A stretch of 63,531 nt of DNA, the filler included, from Octopus bimaculoides (Eukaryota), in the NCBI RefSeq assembly GCF_001194135.2. It is 5 parts of 5 records of this genome, joined end to end, with 100 filler letters (N's around TTAATTAATTAA, not from the genome) between each part and the next. Parts side by side here need not be neighbours in the genome. Positions count along the whole stretch, not along the records: positions 56,420 to 63,531 come from NC_068981.1; 4 more parts are not named here. One strand, given 5' to 3'. This document shows positions 61,565 through 63,531 of the stretch, piece by piece (the stretch's first letter is position 1; each line of letters starts with the position of its first letter). The notes under the pieces are model-generated. The model had not been told where the DNA came from. It saw only the letters and a list, made by a program, of their open reading frames with translations, and searched no databases. Both the position numbers and the translations under genes were made by a program.

Positions 61565-62500
61565 CGTCCATCCATCTGTCCATTCATCCATCTTCTTCAC
61601 CACTATTCTTGGGAGGGTCGTTGAGTCGTCAGGCACCTCTTCCGTAGATTCCTGTCAGAAGCAACTATCATTACACTTTCCGGCTGGATTCCCAAGCGTG
61701 ACCAACTGAGACTATGGATATCAACCAACCATCTAGTTCTTCATTTATCCATAGATCTCCTGCTTATTTGCTCGACAAGAAGAGTCAGTCTATACTAATG
61801 GTTCTCAACTATTTTTTGCCTATGGACCCCTTTGATTCCTATTTCACTCTACGGTCCATGTTAAAAGAAATCCTGTTATATTTTTATTATCAAATATTCT
61901 TGGTAATTGTATTAAAAACATTGTTAAAATATTCTGTGCATTGTAGAAACAACCAATTTATTGTTCGTAAGCTTTAACAGCAAAATATTCTTTATATGAA
62001 TATATGAGTGTTTGTATTAAAGTAAATGAGCAAATATTCTTTAAGACTTGATCATGTTCGGCTTTGTTTTGTTTTTTTGGGGGGTGGGGTCGTTCTTTTG
62101 TTTTGTTTTGTTTTCTTTATTTTCTTCATAGTCTACTTCAGCGATAACTTTTGTAAAAATACTTTCTACTAAACATATTCACTCTTACAGAGATACAAAC
62201 ACAGAGGCACCCACAGACACACAGACAAATAAAGTAAATATTTGCTCGAAAGCTTTAACAGCAAAATATCCTTTATAAGAATATATGAGTGTTTGTATTA
62301 AAGTAAATGAAAATATTGACCCCCCCCCCCCCCCACTTATGGATTACATGGCCCTCAATTGACAACCACTGGTCAATTCGATTCAGTCCTGCAACTTTCT
62401 AATCACTTGTCCGTAGTAACGAAGCTATGGCTTAGAACATATTGTTCTCAATGAGCGTTCAATAAGGCCACAAATTACTTGCAATATTCGGATTATTCCC
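61565..62500 (-). mobile_element. Expander/Rex3-like RTE 3' relic split by a hAT MITE
   Basis: (GGAT)n-like tail at 61565-61595; homology to 54465-54700 up to 61790; LIER...LRYYGQVIR resumes at 62372-62500. Confidence 0.65.
61796..62371. mobile_element. hAT-type MITE carrying a templated insertion
   Basis: Degenerate TIRs TAATGGTTCTCAAC / ATTGACAACCACTG; flanks GTCTATAC / GTCAATTC (6/8, probable decayed TSD). Confidence 0.65.
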
Positions 62501-62898
62501 CCTTTACAAAACCAAACTGTTCTTGAGCTCTAATACTAATTGCCAATGTTAATGAATTGGTTAATGATCTCGTATCTCGAACTAGCCTACTTCAAATGTC
62601 TTTGTCATTTCAAATCATTTGTGTCATCAATGCTTGCAGAGGGCCACACATGAAATTATCTCATTTCGCCTCCCTCTTGAATCTATGTAAGTATATAACA
62701 TTTACATACATTAAATGTTTAATTCACTAATAAAATAAAATAAACGCTGCTTCTTGTGTTTCTTTTATTTATTCAATTCAAAAGCTCCTTCTGTATTGTA
62801 GCTTTTAGAAAGCAGTGAAGACACTCGCGCACGAAACGCTACCGGGAAACGCTTCATCCAAAGACTTGCAAACGGGAGGGTATGAAATCAAATATTAT

Positions 62899-62931
<33 letters not shown>

Positions 62932-63495
62932 CATCATCACCTAATTGGAAGGAATGATTAGTCTTCACACACACTCACCTTCACTTACGTTTTTTTCATT
63001 CTTCACCGGAGTATTTGAATTTCCATGGTTGCAACTTTCGCGAGCGAAAATACAGCAAATCACCTTGTCCATCAGCCTGTTTCATTTCCTCCCCTCTGGA
63101 TATTATTATCATATCACTTCAGGTCATAATAACGCACTCAAATTTTCTTCGTTTTCTTCATAATTAGATTGATTAGATCCCATCACAAGAGCATATACGT
63201 CGAAATTTCCAATAGAAATGCACATGACAGCATCCTTGTCTGTGACAAACTCGCCACGTTTATTCTATATTCAGCACCTTACTGAAAAGCACTCCAATAT
63301 GCATTTAGCGTTTATTTCACTTACTTTCTTATTCATATGTTTAAAGAATTAACATTTTTGTTTTTATTTTCTTACCTTGTCTTACAGACTCACAAATTGC
63401 TTTTGCAATACATACTTCTTCACATATCTTGTTTGTCTTTTAACTAATTTACACTTTTCTTTGTCTCATATATATATATATATATATAATATACT

Positions 63496-63531
<36 letters not shown>

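Noticed and set aside
1-63531. The many poly-V/G/Y/I/HT/CV ORFs and X-containing ORFs in the track
   Set aside because: They arise from microsatellites and N gaps and have no coding signal.

Overview
AT-rich, microsatellite-laden animal genomic DNA with many assembly gaps. The SINE repertoire and repeat load look like an Octopus/coleoid cephalopod draft genome (my inference from recalled octopus repeats, not a database result). The window is almost entirely intronic or intergenic. Only one convincing host coding exon was found (15810-15974, + strand, 55 codons, coiled-coil-like, gene unidentified). The rest is a pile-up of mobile elements: at least five tRNA-headed or modular SINE families (labelled A-G here), decayed RTE-clade LINEs, R4/Dong-like RLE retrotransposon relics, Penelope-like ends carrying minimal hammerhead ribozyme motifs, and hAT, Tc1/mariner, piggyBac-like and foldback MITEs. 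No CRISPR array, intact tRNA or intact transposase/RT ORF is present, and I cannot demonstrate a wholly new biological system. The best leads are: an 18S rRNA fragment sitting between the TIRs of a mariner-type MITE; hammerhead motifs with palindromic stem III; an RTE element with a twin-priming-type 5' inversion; a MITE whose interior has triplicated; a 739-bp near-complete palindrome; and a SINE with a recurrent tail-to-head junction that also stacks on itself. All alignments and identities were judged by eye.
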